Source of the DNA: Mytilus californianus
Lineage: Eukaryota
Assembly: GCF_021869535.1 (NCBI RefSeq)
Contig: NW_026262734.1
Coordinates: 17,546,001 to 17,610,000 of the forward strand
Direction: 5' to 3'
Length of the DNA: 64,000 bases
Position numbers and translations under genes: made by a program. Below, piece after piece: positions 11,968-25,559 of the stretch (position 1 is the first letter of the stretch; every line of letters starts with the position of its first letter). The notes under the pieces were generated by a model. The model did no database searches and was not told the DNA's origin. It saw only the letters and a list, made by a program, of their open reading frames with translations.

Positions 11968-14304
11968 TTGAAACAAGTAATTAAGAATAAGAGACTGTCT
12001 TTTTCTTTTCTTATTTACATGCACAAGTATATTAAACTAGAAATAAATTACCCAGCTTTCGCTATTTCATGTACATGTTTAGTTCACAGTGAACGAGCTT
12101 TAGTTTCCAACGTTGGTATTAACGGTCATATTATATATGTTCATTTTTTGTTTTTTATGTTTGTACATGTTCCACAATGTTCCATGGTCACTTTTCAGTT
12201 TCTACAATGCCAATAATTCAGTGATAATTGTCCGCTTAGAAATTTGGTTTGTTTGTCAAATGGTTGCGCCTGATTGTTTATGCTTGTTTATGCTTATGTG
12301 TGCAATGAATAGTGCTTTCATTATATCATCAACTATGTGTTATCGTAGAGTAAACATTTTGTGTAAATCTCATACTGCATGATTGCTCGATGCATTCAAC
12401 TTTAAAAACGTTGTTAAGGGTTTTGTTAAACGTTTATATGGATTACAAAATGTGTTGAAGAAGTTAAAGTTCCGATAGTTTATAAGAGTGGGGAAATTTT
12501 ATCAAATAATTCAAAGATTGGGGAAATGTATAGTAGCTAGGAAACTACACTGGCAGAATATTACTGCTTGTAAATATAAAGGAAACAAAAGACCAATTGT
12601 GAGTTCTTTTTTATGATGACAGACGTCAGTTGACCAGGGTTTGACTAGAATTATACTGAAGCAAATGTCAAATCCCTGTTGAAATGGAAATCGATTCTCA
12701 GTGTCAATACGAATTGTTTCCTGAGATTACTTCGAAGATGTTTTGAATTTGTTTCATTTGTCCACTTTAAAAATAATGAATATATAATTGACGAAAACAT
12801 TTTTCATGAGTTAACCATGTTAATTGTAAATTGTAATTCAACACATTCAAGCAGTTGTTTGGTAGAAAATCTGAAAAGACGAATTTCTCAAACTTATAAT
12901 TTATAATTTGCAAGTGAAATTGAATATATTTTACTGTTGATGTCAACGTTTGTTTCAGAAATAAAGCTGAAGTTTTAAATTCTACCGCGGATGTTGCAAT
13001 TTACATTTCTGATAGTTTTGTTTTCATTGGTTTGAATCTCAAACTCTTGTATCCCATCTAGGTCCACCTTCATGGCATAGATTGCTCACCTGTCCTAATA
13101 AGAAATATAAAATTCATCAATATTAATTTTACATGATACATTTCACTAGTAACTGTTTTTACTACTGAAACGGTTATTTTAAACTGAACAACTCTTAAAT
13201 GCCTGAATTTACCGCAAGGAAAAATGTCAAGATCTTTTTCAGTTGTTCAGCACATGTTCAGTACACTAGCTATTGCGAGCGATTAAGTACAAGTCAGTAC
13301 TGGTTCAGGTTATTAAGAAAAAACGCCTTACACTAAATCCAGTAGTGTTAAGTACATTTTAGTACACGTCAGTTCATCGATAGAATCGTTGTCCAGTACT
13401 TTTCAGTGTATCAAAATAATATGAGGATTGCTTCCCTTTGATAATCAGAGGAATCGAAATTAAAAACAATAAATTAATGAACAATTATAGATAAAAAGAT
13501 AATTATAAAGAGACATAATGGAAAACTGGACTAGATACACGTTTTTGTTAACATGCGATTCATTTTTATAAATTGATAAACTGTTAAAATATTTGTATGG
13601 AAATAGCAATAACCAAATGAAATATCTGATAATTATTCTTTAATGGTTACGCAAACATAAGATATTGATGACTTAAATCGATTTCAGGAGTAGCTCATTT
13701 GTAAAGATTAGAATGGGGAAAAATCCTGATAGCTTTCGACCCCATGATTTCGCACCATTTGTCTTTTGAAAATTACTTGCTGTGTCCGATTGAAGTAATG
13801 TAAGTATTAGTCCGGCTGATTCATTCATATTTTTAGAAGAATTCTGGGTTTGATGATAAAAGCATGAAACTTTGCACAATTGTAGATATATATTTGGTAG
13901 TCAATTTAGGCTATGGACCCACTAAAAAATATCCAATATGGCGGCCATTGTCAAGATGTCTGCAAATCAGTCCAATTTCACCACCATGTTTAATTTAAAG
14001 CAAATAATATTCAAATCTTTTTTTTATAAAATGTAATCCAACGTTTCTAGTAAGTCATGACGTTATATTTGACTTTTCATTTTTTTTTTCAAAATGGCGG
14101 AAATTTCAAAATGGTCGCCAAAAACATATGAAAATGAACAAAACTAAGACAAGGATTTGCTGACATTACTTCTATCGAATCGCATTTTGCAGTTCGTACA
14201 ATATTCTAGGGATTGCTTGCAAGACAATCTAAACAACGATCCCATAAGTGAAAACATTCGAACGTTTTCAAGACGCCATCAGGATTCGTTTGATCGTTAA
14301 GTAT

Positions 14305-14560
14305 TATCTATGTCACACATGATAATAGATATGTTCTACTTCTCCTTGACATAATCCTTTCTTTTTCCACGATTGTGGTAACATCAAATGATCAATAAAA
14401 ACGACTAATCACAGAATTTCTACTTGCAATGAGTAACATAACGACTGCTACCAATTGGCCAGAAACTACGCACCCTTCCGGAACACCTGCGTTGACCTCT
14501 AGTTTTAATGAAAATGGACTCGTGTTGTTAATGCTTTCGATGTTGTTATTTGCTCTTTTT
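14305..14560 (+). mobile_element. Diverged Naiad-related 3'-end fragment
   Basis: CACCCTTCCGGAACACCTG and flanks resemble 10620-10830. Confidence 0.5.
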
Positions 14561-14819
14561 TTTCAATGTCTGTGTTATCAACCAGTGAACGTCTTGTGTA
14601 TCCATCTTACAGGAGTTTAAACCTTATTTCAATTCAAACGTTGACATTCGGTCAAGTTTTAGATAATTTACATGTACCAATGGTTTTTACGTGTTTTAAA
14701 TTTTGTTATTCTAAGGGTTAAAAAGAGAGATTTATAAATCCACTATTACTAGTATATGATATATGCTTACTTACTGGATATGACTCATCAATCTATTTAC
14801 ACAAGAGCACCTAGGCAAG

Positions 14820-15030
14820 TGTTACCTGTTGAACAGGAACTGCTGACCCTTCTTGAGCACCTGCAATCATCCCCGGTTTTAAGTGGGGTTGGTGTTGCTT
14901 AATATTTAGATTTTTGTTTAGAGATTTCTTGACTGCTGTTACTCGCTTTTGCGTTGTTTATCCACTTTCTTATCTGGTTTTGCTTTACTAATGATTGTTG
15001 AGTGCCTAAGTATCTTCTCCATCTTTTCTA
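14820..15030 (+). mobile_element. Naiad-related 3'-end fragment
   Basis: GAACAGGAACTGCTGACCCTTCTTGAGCACCTG...GTGGGGTTGGTGTTGCT resembles 10750-10958. Confidence 0.6.
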
Positions 15031-15539
15031 TCATCTAAACAACAACATATTTCCAAAACAGTTTTTAAAATAATTATCAAGGACAGCCCATTAGGTCTTT
15101 GTCCCAATCCCCGCTACATTTTAAACAGCACCGTACATAACAGCATTTTCCTTGCGCATTTGCATCTGTTTTATATCTGTCAACTACATTTTATTAGCTC
15201 ATTACAAACTGCTGATACCTTTGTGATAAATGTCCAATAGAGTATATGCCATCCACATTCACTCGAAGTAGCACTCTAGTTAAAGGCCGAAACATCCCCC
15301 TAAAGCTTTTACATGAATGTTACATTTTGAATGTTGTACGTTTGCCTTTAAACCGTTCCTGATATTGAACATCGTGTGGTTCATCTGATCACGTTATATT
15401 ATTTCAAAGGTGGATTGAAACTTGTATAATACCATGGCCATTTCTAGAAAAAAGACAAAACAATTAAATTATGTAGTTTTGTGATATTGATGGTCAATCT
15501 GATTGACCCACCTTCTCCTCTGTGTGTAATTGTACTCAT

Positions 15540-16110
15540 TGGATTGATCTACATTTACCATTTTCATATTCCTTTTTGCAACACATAATCTGTATAGATA
15601 AATCGCATAATATCTTGCATGGGTACTGAAAGCCATAATTTGGATGGAAAAATGTAACGGACCATTGATTAAGCAGTATAATGGAGTCTTTATACACCCA
15701 GAAGGACCATTCCCTTAATGATCTCACATCAACATGTCCAGTTCAATCTTTAATGTTACAGACCAGTTGTGGTTAAGTGGACTTTCAATTTCCCTCTTAT
15801 TACTCCATTCTTTGAATGTTACATAGTTCTTACTAGGGTCTCGTTTCTCAGTAAAATGTATGTCAGGATCTTTGCATAAGAGTGATAAGTACACTTACTG
15901 TAATCTCATGGAATGTCTTGTTCATGAGGCATGAGAGTTTCTAAAAAAGAACTACTGTTCATGAAGAACTATGTTTCCTTGATTTAACACTTGTTCAACC
16001 AGTGTTTTCTAACCAATCACATACGTTTCTCAACGACACTATTTCTATATGAAGACCTGAAACAAAACTATTCTTGGTTCTGCTAGAAACATGTATGCCC
16101 AGTTCCACTG
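15540..16110 (-). pseudogene. Decayed DNA-transposase fragment, probably Academ-like
   Basis: Frameshifted minus-strand translation gives GLHIEI..WLENTG*, SH.S*TRH, FKEW..KR..ESP..NW..TLKIEL, RSLREW.F.VY and HPNY, in the order of a widespread invertebrate transposase family. Superfamily assignment is from memory. Confidence 0.55.
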
Positions 16111-16903
16111 TTCCTATTTTGAAAAGCAAAAAAAAAAAAGAGTGATCACAAGTGATTATTGATCCATGTCTCGGAAAAAATTAACACATTGTTGGATTGT
16201 ATTCATGGAATGTCGAATCGTTGTGACAGGTTTGATCTCTTCTTGAAACATTGGTCGATGCGGACTGATATATAAAGGTGAATGACCATTTGTCTTGGCT
16301 CTGCATGCATGGAATGCTGTCCAAACATATTTAATGTTTTCATTATCATCTACTTCAAACCATCTGTGTTATCATTTTATTAACTTATTTATACCATGTA
16401 AGGATACAGTTGCACAATTAACTAATTATACCGATGGCATACATGTATTTCAGGTTAGACAATTGACAGAGTGCATGTCCATAAAACATTAATTATGAGA
16501 TGTAAGTATGAAACGGATGGTTATTTTTGGTTAGTATTAAGGATATATCTTATTTTATAGTAATATGTATAATAAGTTATAGCAATAATACGAACGCATA
16601 ATATATTTGTTGAAGTACCAGAGATTATGAGGGAAATGCATATATTTCAAAGCATAAGGTTATGACGAATTTGCCAATTAGATTAAGAAATTACTGATAT
16701 ATTAAAAGTGTCGTACTATTTAACGATTCTTTAGCCGTTCTTGTTGTTGTCAATATTGTCCACAGCTGCTGTTGTAAAACCACCAGAATTCGAGTGCTGA
16801 ATGTTTCATAGATAGAATCGTCTAGTACTATATAAAAATAGATAACTGGATCATTCAAAAACTGTACATTTGGTCATTTAGTACCTTCTGTTCTTGCCCT
16901 AGC

Positions 16904-16995
16904 ATCCAGTAGAAGGTCTATATGCATTAAGACATGGTTTTAGTTCAGTTCAAAACTAAAACCATGTCTTAATGCATATAGACCTTCTACTGGAT
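16904..16995. repeat. Perfect 42-bp inverted repeat with 8-nt spacer
   Basis: ATCCAGTAGAAGGTCTATATGCATTAAGACATGGTTTTAGTT (16904-16945), CAGTTCAA, exact reverse complement (16954-16995). Confidence 0.95.
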
Positions 16996-17294
16996 TATAT
17001 CATAATTGATATAAGTTTATAAGTTTTTAAAGTGATAACCAATTAGGTGCCAGTTGAATATCCAAATGCCGAAATGACTTTACATAGGTGCCGATTTGAC
17101 CAGGTGCGATAAAACTCTAATTTTATAAATTGTTTGACTAGGCATATTTAGTTGACTTATATATGGTCCAAATTGACTTTATAGACGGTCCTAGTTGACC
17201 TATTGATGGTCCGAGTTGTCTTCATAGACAGTCCGTCCGAGTTGTCTTTGTAGTAGATGGTCCGTGTTGTCTCCGGGCCGAGTGGTCTCGCACC

Positions 17295-18206
17295 CACCAA
17301 TTTATACTACTTAGCATTAAAATGCATCACACCAGATGATATATACTAATTAAACAAAAGCAACATTCTAATACATTCCATTTAGTCATTGCTCTGCTGA
17401 AGAATTTAAAAGCAATAAAATTTTTATTTATATAGGAATTTTAGTCTGTGTTGAAGGCCATACCGTGAACTGTACTGGTTGCAAACCTCAACAAATTTGG
17501 TCTCCGGTGGAAGTTTGTCTCATTGACAATCATACAAATTCTTATTTTTAGAAGATTTTGTAAATTGTAAAGTTGATGTGTTATATTCAATTACCACAGA
17601 CACTTTCTTGTCATGTTTTTAATTATAACTTTGTAATGATACTTGCAAATATAAAAGATTCAAGGAAAAAAACCCTTTTATTCTAAAAGTAAAAATATAA
17701 GTTTCATTGCGGTGCCATTATAATGCATGTACCATCATCTTCGGGATTCTCTTTTATTCTTATGCATGTTATGTTGCCATCATTTGAATCTTTCGATTCG
17801 CTGGCGTTGGTGCTTTGTGGTCTTGCACAGAGCACTTCAAACAAATCGGGAAAAGAATTGTCCAAATCACAGTCCACTGCTGTGTTTGGCAGAAAGGTCT
17901 TTGCCTGCTTTACCACTATAACTACAAGTATTCCACTCATGTCTTACGTTTAGAAATATATCACTATATTTGGCTATAATAACGTTGTGAATGTTGGATC
18001 TAGATCGTTTTTTTTTTTTATGTAAACGTGCCTGTAAGGCGTTACTTTCAAACGCACAACCGATTAAAATTTTGGTTACATACATTTAGAGACGGACGCG
18101 CGCGGCTCCGTACTGGACGCGGGTTTTCAAAAAAAGTACTTTTTTCTCGTCGACCTTTCACAACACGCGGGGGATCCGACGAAAGAGGTATTAATTTGGT
18201 TTGGCC
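17295..18206 (-). mobile_element. Partial inverted copy of the Harbinger-like MITE at 35050-37002
   Basis: Reverse complement aligns with 35050-36420; terminus ...TTGGCC at 18206 followed by TTA. Confidence 0.75.
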
Positions 18207-18229
18207 TTAAGAAAATTTTTCAGATGGTG

Positions 18230-18580
18230 TACCATAGCTTGCGTTTTCTTGGATTGATTTACTGACAACTGTATATAATCGATGGAATTTGTGAACATAA
18301 AACACCATTCAATTCAAAAATAAGTCCCATAAATCTTTACCGAGTTGTTTGACTTTAACCTTCAGATAAAATACCAGACATTTTTAAATGTCATGCAGTA
18401 TACGTAGCTAAAGTATGATTAGACAGAATTACTACAAACTTTGAACTGTTGTGTGTTATGCAAATGTACTCTTTTGGTTATGAAAATTTTCATTTTAAAG
18501 ATATGGAACTTTCCTAATTAAAATACTTTTAAGTATAAGCGTATCCTCATGCATAATTTACTACAGACCCAGTTTCAAAC
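18230..18580 (+). repeat. Partial copy of the HINE-like host sequence at 34.8-35.05 kb and 37.0 kb
   Basis: GTGAACATAAAACACCATTCAATT, GACTTTAACCTTCAGATAAAAT, GTAGCTAAAGTATG and GTATCCTCATGCAT are shared in direct orientation. Confidence 0.65.
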
Positions 18581-19069
18581 GCGGAATGTTAGACATTATG
18601 TTAAAGAGCATGCCGGTACTTTATGGGACAATATTTAAATTTGTTGTTGATGAATATTTCTTTTATAAATAAAAAAGACAACGCAAGTTATTCACAATGT
18701 CTGCTTGGATGATAAACGGCAAAGAAGGAAAGGGATTTGATTATGAGATATTTATAAGTTAGCAAAACATGTGGTTTATCTTTATTCTTTCATTGTGCAA
18801 ATATGAACTAAGTTGTGTTTCTCTTTGAATACTTTTGCTCGAAATAATGGAAGTGTAGATGATTTTATGAATCAATAATATAAAACATTACAGTTTTTTA
18901 TTTACACATAATATTCAAATAAATTTTAAAAAGTGACAGTAACCCTGGATTTAAATAGAACATTTTGCAAGTACATTTTTGTTAAGGAATTACGTAAATG
19001 TGCTAATAATTAACCCTAAACTAAGATCAGCTATGAAGGTTTTTTTGCGCAATGATATTATATCAAACA

Positions 19070-19215
19070 AAAAAGGAGATGTGGTAAGAATGCTTATGAG
19101 ACAACTATCCACCAGAGACCAAATGAAGAGGATATAGGAAACTATAGGTGACCGTGCAGCTTTTTACAACTAGCAAAACTCATACCGTATATATATATAG
19201 TCAGTTATACAAAGC
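19070..19215 (+). repeat. SINE-like repeat fragment
   Basis: AAAAGGAGATGTGGTAAGAATGCTTATGAGACAACT matches 49767 onward. Confidence 0.7.
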
Positions 19216-19697
19216 TTTAACGTTATAATGAAAATAACACATGCTCATCCGAATCTATCAACCTTCAAATGGAACGCTTAAACCGAAACATTAGAAAGAC
19301 AAGTATGTATAAATATACAGAAACGTAAGAAGCTATATACAAAATGTGAAATATTTAAAATTAGTGAAAACATGGTTTAATTCATGGCAAAGAATATGAA
19401 GGAAAAAAAATATGACAGACAGCAATAGAAAAAAAAACAACCAGTAAATAACTGGCTCCCAAATAGTAGGAAAAAGGCATATCAAGGATGTGACGGAGTA
19501 AAACATTTTTGTGAGTGCTCAACCTACCGATAACGTGTGACAGTAGTGTAACAGAACAACATAAGAGAAACATGTAAAATCAGCTGGAAATGGCTTTACT
19601 CATTAGATTTTCACGAAGGACCAAAAACAACCTTTAAGAATAAGTTCATACAAAGGGTAAATGAGATCATATATATGTTCTTTCCCGGTAATAAGTT

Positions 19698-19917
19698 GTG
19701 TCCACATGTGGAGCAGGATCTGCTTACCCTTCCGGATCACCTGAGATCACCCTAAGTTTTTGGTGGGTTTCGTGTTGCTCAGCATTTAGTTTTCTATGCT
19801 GTATTTTGTGTACTATTGTTTGTCAGTTGATCTTTTTCTTTTTAAGCCATGGCGTTGTCAGCTTATTTTTCGTCTTATGAGTTTGAATGTCCCTCTGGTA
19901 TATTTCGTCTCTCATTT
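19698..19917 (+). mobile_element. Naiad 3'-end copy (5'-truncated)
   Basis: CCACATGTGGAGCAGGATCTGCTTACCCTTCCGGATCACCTGAGATCACC matches 10745-10958. Confidence 0.85.
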
Positions 19918-22900
19918 GCAGATGGTGATTGGATTTATAAACTTTTGTTAGAATGCATGTTTAAAATTACATACATTAATGTAGTAAAAAAATATGTAAT
20001 AGGGATTACCGTCAAGTTTTATTTTCAAAATCAGAACAAAAAAAAACTATATTAAAAGATAAAAAGACGACTAAAATTAAAACTGCCGTTTAAACACAAG
20101 AGCATGATGTAAAGAGTCATGAGTTTTTAAAAATTGAGCTGTAGTAGTGAACTATATATTTACTATTTGACTCGCTGTGGTGCGCATGACCTTGAATGTA
20201 GTTGAATGTATTAGTTCATTTTAAAGGACTTCCACAGTGTCGGCTGCTTTATCAGAAAAAGCTTTGCGAATACTTGAATTTTGTTTTTAAATCTTAGAAA
20301 TGGCGTATTACCTTCTCTTTTATTTATTTCTAAATTGTTTTCAAAATGTGATATGTGAATGTCAACAACATTAAGATATTTATTTAAATAGGATTCAAGC
20401 GGCTTTTTGACAGATTTCTCCCGATTATACAAATTTTAACAATAGGATGAACGCGAAAATTAAATATCCTGACCACACTCTTTCCTATTTATTGTCTCGA
20501 CGGTTGACGATATTTTGGTCCTTTTTTTAAGGAAAATTCACTCCCATGCATTATGCATTATGCACAGTTAAATTTCATTTATCAGATTATAAAAACAAAC
20601 AGTCCTCTTTTCGAATAAACTAATATTATTCGAACTTGCTATCCTCCTAAGCTTTTCAAACATTCAAATAGACCAGGAGATCACAAACGCTTTTTTCTGA
20701 AAATGTTTTGATAAAAGACTTGTTCTTTTTCATCAATTTAACGAGTTTATTTGCCAAGGCAGTGTCCGTTTTTTTTTAACATTCAGTTTAAATATCTCTT
20801 TGGAATCTTTAGCCTCTCTTTTATACACCGTTTATATGATTGACTTGTCAGAATTAACCAGACGAACGCCATTATTAAGCAAAGAAATTTTACCTATCGG
20901 AAACCAAATCAAATGTTATTTCACTAGACATGTTCTTGTTTAAAATGTTAGTTTTTTTTTTACTGCATATAAAGATGAACATATGTGGTACGATTGGCAA
21001 TGAGATAACTCCTCACCATAGTCCAAAATGACGTAGAACTTAATTTACTATAAAATTAAGCAACAGTAGTTTATCGATGTTCAAATCTTACAAATCCATT
21101 ACGATTACAAATCATGGTACAAAATTGAGGGAATCGCATGAACTACAAAAATTGCGAGACCGATGCGTCGACAGTCATTTCGTCTCCTGCTATGCTTGCA
21201 TCACCCGTCATGTGAAATTCACACTCAGTCTAAATATCACAATCTATAAACTACAATTCAAACGAAAATTCTGGTATTAAAAGATCGCATACGTGAGAAT
21301 ATGGAAAAAAGGACTTTTGCTTCTGTAAATAATGTTGACGTTATGTAAGTGAACAACAATAGTACTTAGTTCGGACACATTTATTTCCGTGCTGAATCTG
21401 TATATATTTGAGATAGTGACTTCATCTAATAGGCAGTCTGATTTTTCTGACCCAGCCGAAAACTGAATGACCATCACTTTAGAGGATTAATTGGACCTTC
21501 AGTACAAATTTATCATAGCTAAATTTACCAACAATTTTACAAAATCTTACAACTATGAATACCGTTTTTAGTAGGTACCTTATACCTAATTACAAGGATA
21601 GTTTGGCATACAAATGTGCAAGTAAAGCAGTCTATGTATTTAACTCAGACATGAACTATTTTGAACGTTAGAGTAGTTTTTACAACGTCCACCAAAACAG
21701 AACAAATGAGTTATTGATCAATATGCGGTGCCTTCGTGTAAAATAATGAATGGCGAAATGTCGGAAATAAGTCATAATGTAAGTTTGAATGCACATAATA
21801 TAATATCTCCGTTTTACAATTTGAATAAAAGATAAAATTACACAATTATATATGGGTTATTTTTTTGTTTATCAAGAATAAATTTGAATTTGTATTCGTA
21901 TTTAACAAAATGAGGTTTTGTTAATATATCATAGACACGTTTTCAACATTCAACAATTGCATGGCGTGTGTTCTATTGTATATATCTGGTAAAAGTTGAC
22001 ACACGTTTTATTAATTAAAAAAAAAAATGCAAATTGAATATCAATGTTCCTTCTGGTCTAATCTTGGCATTATTTAGAAGTATCTTTTATCACTCCTGTA
22101 AAAAGATAACATTGATTTTATCCAAGAAACGTAAAATATTGTGAATATGGTGATGACAGTTAATTATGTAGTTCTGCTTAATCAGATGTTTATCTTTGTC
22201 ATTAGATAGAACGCCTTACATACAGTGTAGAAAAGACAGCTAATTATTCGCAATTCGTAAGGCTTGATAAGTGGGGAGTTTGTTTTTGTAAAATATTTTT
22301 GAATGTATTAACTATTTTGAAAGCTCTGATACATGCATTAGAAGTCATAATCATGTGGATATTAACCACCAAGATAACTTCATACCTGTGCTACAGTAGT
22401 GTTATTACTATGAGTGGTTTATTGACATAGTAATTCGACTATACGTTTTGTGGAAGTCCATCTTCAGTAATGTAGATTTCCTGTCATTTTGCTAGCCAAA
22501 CCAGGTACTTCATATCTGAGAAACAGGCAATATATGCCCTCAATTTTATAATTCATTCATACTTTTTTGTATTATTCCAAATAATCAGTCAATATATGTT
22601 CGGTGGTTCACCTTTCATTTGATACCTAAATTACTAACATATATGCTACATAGTTTTATATTTACACCTGGAACTATTTTGTTTTAAATATGTTCTAATT
22701 TCCAGTATGTTGTTTTGACCGGGCCAATTTGGTGGTATTACATCTTAAAACATCTATCCGAATCATTTTGCAAAGAATTCCGCTCAAACTGATGCTAGTG
22801 GCCGTCTAAAAATTGCAGTGAAGTGAGAGGATTTATTTTGCTCCGTGTTGAAGGTCTCATTGTGACTTTGAGATGAAGAATAGCAATACAAGCGCTGTTC

Positions 22901-22919
22901 CTTTGTTTTTTTTGTGTAT

Positions 22920-22998
22920 TTATTTTCTCTGTAGATACTGATATGTAGATAGTGATATTGAGTCATGGATGGATACCTCATATCTTTTGTTTTTTTTT
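22920..22998 (-). CDS. Gene C candidate exon 5: cytoplasmic tail (R)KKNKRYEVSIHDSISLSTYQYLQRK*
   Basis: Acceptor TCAATCTTTAATAG| is in phase 2, matching the transmembrane-exon donor; basic juxtamembrane residues follow. Confidence 0.45.
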
Positions 22999-23170
22999 CT
23001 ATTAAAGATTGATCAGCACGAATCAATCCAATTGCAATGTTACATATTTTTCATTTACTTTTTTTGAAAGTTTTTTTTAATTTGTCTTATACTGCCGTTT
23101 CTTACATTCTCTTGTTCTCTTGAAATTATAATATTGGAAATATTATGTGTATGCATGAGTGCAGTATTAC

Positions 23171-23231
23171 CTGCAGTATATAATACATGCTGCCAAACTA
23201 ATCGGAATCAACAACAAAAGGAACAGCAAGT
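23171..23231 (-). CDS. Gene C exon 4: transmembrane helix (Y)LLFLLLLIPISLAACIIYC(R)
   Basis: Acceptor TATTGTTTTATTTGCAG|, donor CAG|GTAATA, 61 nt, phase 1 to 2. Confidence 0.8.
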
Positions 23232-23324
23232 CTGCAAATAAAACAATATAAAATACAACGAAACACACAATTAATTTCTAATTTCCTCTTAATTATTCTT
23301 AATTGTGTAAATATATATGACCAT

Positions 23325-23557
23325 AACCCGCTGCATTTGTTTGCCCCTGTCCTAAGTCAGAAACCTGATGTTCAGTGGTTGTCGTTTGTTGATGTGGTTC
23401 ATAAGTGTTTCAAGTTTCTCGTTTTTATACAGATTAGACCGTTGGTTTTCCTGTTTGAATGGTTTTACACTAGTAATTTTTGGGGCCCTTTATAGCTTGC
23501 TGTTCGGTGTGAGCCAAGGCTCCGTGTTGAAGGCCGTACCTTGACCTATAATGATTT
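23325..23557 (-). repeat. SINE-like repeat
   Basis: CCCCTGTCCTAAGTCAG core and GTGTTGAAGGCCGTACC, as in the other copies. Confidence 0.7.
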
Positions 23558-24588
23558 GTAAATGAAGTGTTAACTGGCTGTTTGTGTGTCACTTCTGGTA
23601 TATATTCGAGGCGAGATGTAAGGATAAAAACATACTATCTGTACCCTAAATACAACCAAGTCTGGTTGAGGCACATAACATTTGCAGCCAGAAGTAATTA
23701 CTCCGTACATACCAATGCACGAATATGGCTGTTTCCGTATTAGCAGGACAACGTCATTAGTTTAGCAAATACTGATTTATAGAATTTAGGCCAATTTGAG
23801 CATATCATATAACAGACAATTAGGCTAAGCAATATCTTCACTAACTCTTTTAAAAAAGCACTGCAAAAATACTAATTTTATTCCCTTAAAAACGAGACTC
23901 ATTCATGATTGAACAACCACATAATAAGTTAAACACAATTACAAAAAAACTATACAGATAAAGGAAAAGATGTTTTTCAAGAAATATATCTGTTCTAATT
24001 TTGTATTTGCTTTTTAAATTGTTATACTGTGAAACTCTCGCAAACACATACGATCAAGCCGTTACAGTCCAACAACACAGGGCTTTTAAAATGAATAAGG
24101 CTGACTAAAAAGGCTGACACAATAAATAATTGATTAGACTACAATGATCCATTTAATTATTTTCTTTTCTACATTGAAATTCTTTTCAACTTTGTTACGG
24201 TTCTTAGATGTGTCATTGGGTACTATTTAGTCCAACACCCGATATTTGACTTATTTGGAATGAGTGCATATGCTTTGTGTTTTTGTTATCTATTCTATAG
24301 ATATTTTACATAAAATACTTTAAATTTTTCTGCATTTATTTAAATGGTAGGTAGTTAAATGTATATTTTCAAATAGACTAATCGAAAGTAAAATTAATAT
24401 TTGGTAGGGATGATGCCTCAATTAGGTGCAGGTACCTGTCTCAAGTCATGACTTTCGTCAGTGGCTGTCTTATGTCATGGTATCATTTTCACGCACCGAT
24501 GCTATTCCATTCTTTGTTCCAATTTATAAACAAGAGATAATTGACCTCGAGTTGACATAAAATCAAAAAACTGTTGGACTAAACTTAC

Positions 24589-24888
24589 ATAGAAGATTAC
24601 TATTGTCGGTGTCAGGAGTGTGATCTTCAGTTGTGGGAGTTACCGATTCCACTGATGCTGTCGTCATTTCTATAACTGAACTTTTAGACAAGTACAACAA
24701 TGATGTAGCCCCAATGCCAACCGAAGTTGACTTATACAAAGAAGATGTTTGAAACTGAGATGTACTTATGGAAGATACTCCAGTTGCAGTGTAAATTAAA
24801 GTTGGTGTTGGACATAGGTTCAAGTCGGTAACACATTGCCCGTTATAACATCTGTGTAAGCCTTCCGGACACTGGTTTGGATCTGTAC
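24589..24888 (-). CDS. Gene C exon 3: half-LDLa CPEGLHRCYNGQCVTDLNLC plus Ser/Thr stalk
   Basis: Acceptor ACATTTTAG|, donor T|GTAAGT, 300 nt, phase 1-1. T+GT completes the sixth LDLa Cys. Confidence 0.9.
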
Positions 24889-25411
24889 CTAAAATGTACA
24901 CTAAAATGAGATGAGAAGAACAGGATTCCTATACAAAACCTAAAAAACTGAAAGTTTGCTTGTAGGAGCTTAGCTTTAAATATCTCCGTACTTCCTGAAT
25001 ATGCATACGATATATATTTGCCACTGAACATCTTATCAACCAAGCAATCTTTAATCTGTAGTTTGAAGAATTCAAACTTTTTGAGATATTATATTAAACA
25101 AATTCAAATTTCCAAAATGTCGCAGTTAAAAATGGACACTCTCGTATAACAAAATTGCTTTACATTTGCTAATACTAATAATAGGCGTATACAGAACTTT
25201 ATTTCTGAAAATATAATAGCCGTAGGTTTAAAATAACGGTCTAATACATCGGCTAATTAACCAAGAGTAATACTGAAAAGTTAGTACTAAGTCTTTTGAA
25301 ATAACAATTTCAAAGTGTTTAGTATAATCAATGTTGACTTGAATTTTCGGTTTCTTTTTGTTCTTGTTTCACGATTTCAATCCTTGCATTGTATTGCCCC
25401 GTTGCTTGTAT

Positions 25412-25559
25412 TGGGTTCGTGTTGCTCAGTCTTTAGTTTTCTATGTTGTGTTTTGTGTACTGTTGTTTGTATTTTGGTGTTTTTCTTTTTTGCCATGGCG
25501 TTGTCAGTTTATTTTTGACTTATGAGTTTTTAAGTCCTTATGGTATCTTTCGACTATCT
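25412..25559 (+). mobile_element. Naiad 3'-end copy
   Basis: GGGTTCGTGTTGCTCAGTCTTTAG...GGTATCTTTCG matches the pseudo-LTR. Confidence 0.85.

Noticed and set aside
17704-17953. Cluster of 64-78-aa ORFs
   Set aside because: Inside the MITE copy; the homologous region at 35.7-35.8 kb does not preserve the frame.
22436-22475. Minus-strand CTGAAGA followed by AAAAC as another hammerhead
   Set aside because: Stem II and stem III cannot be formed convincingly.
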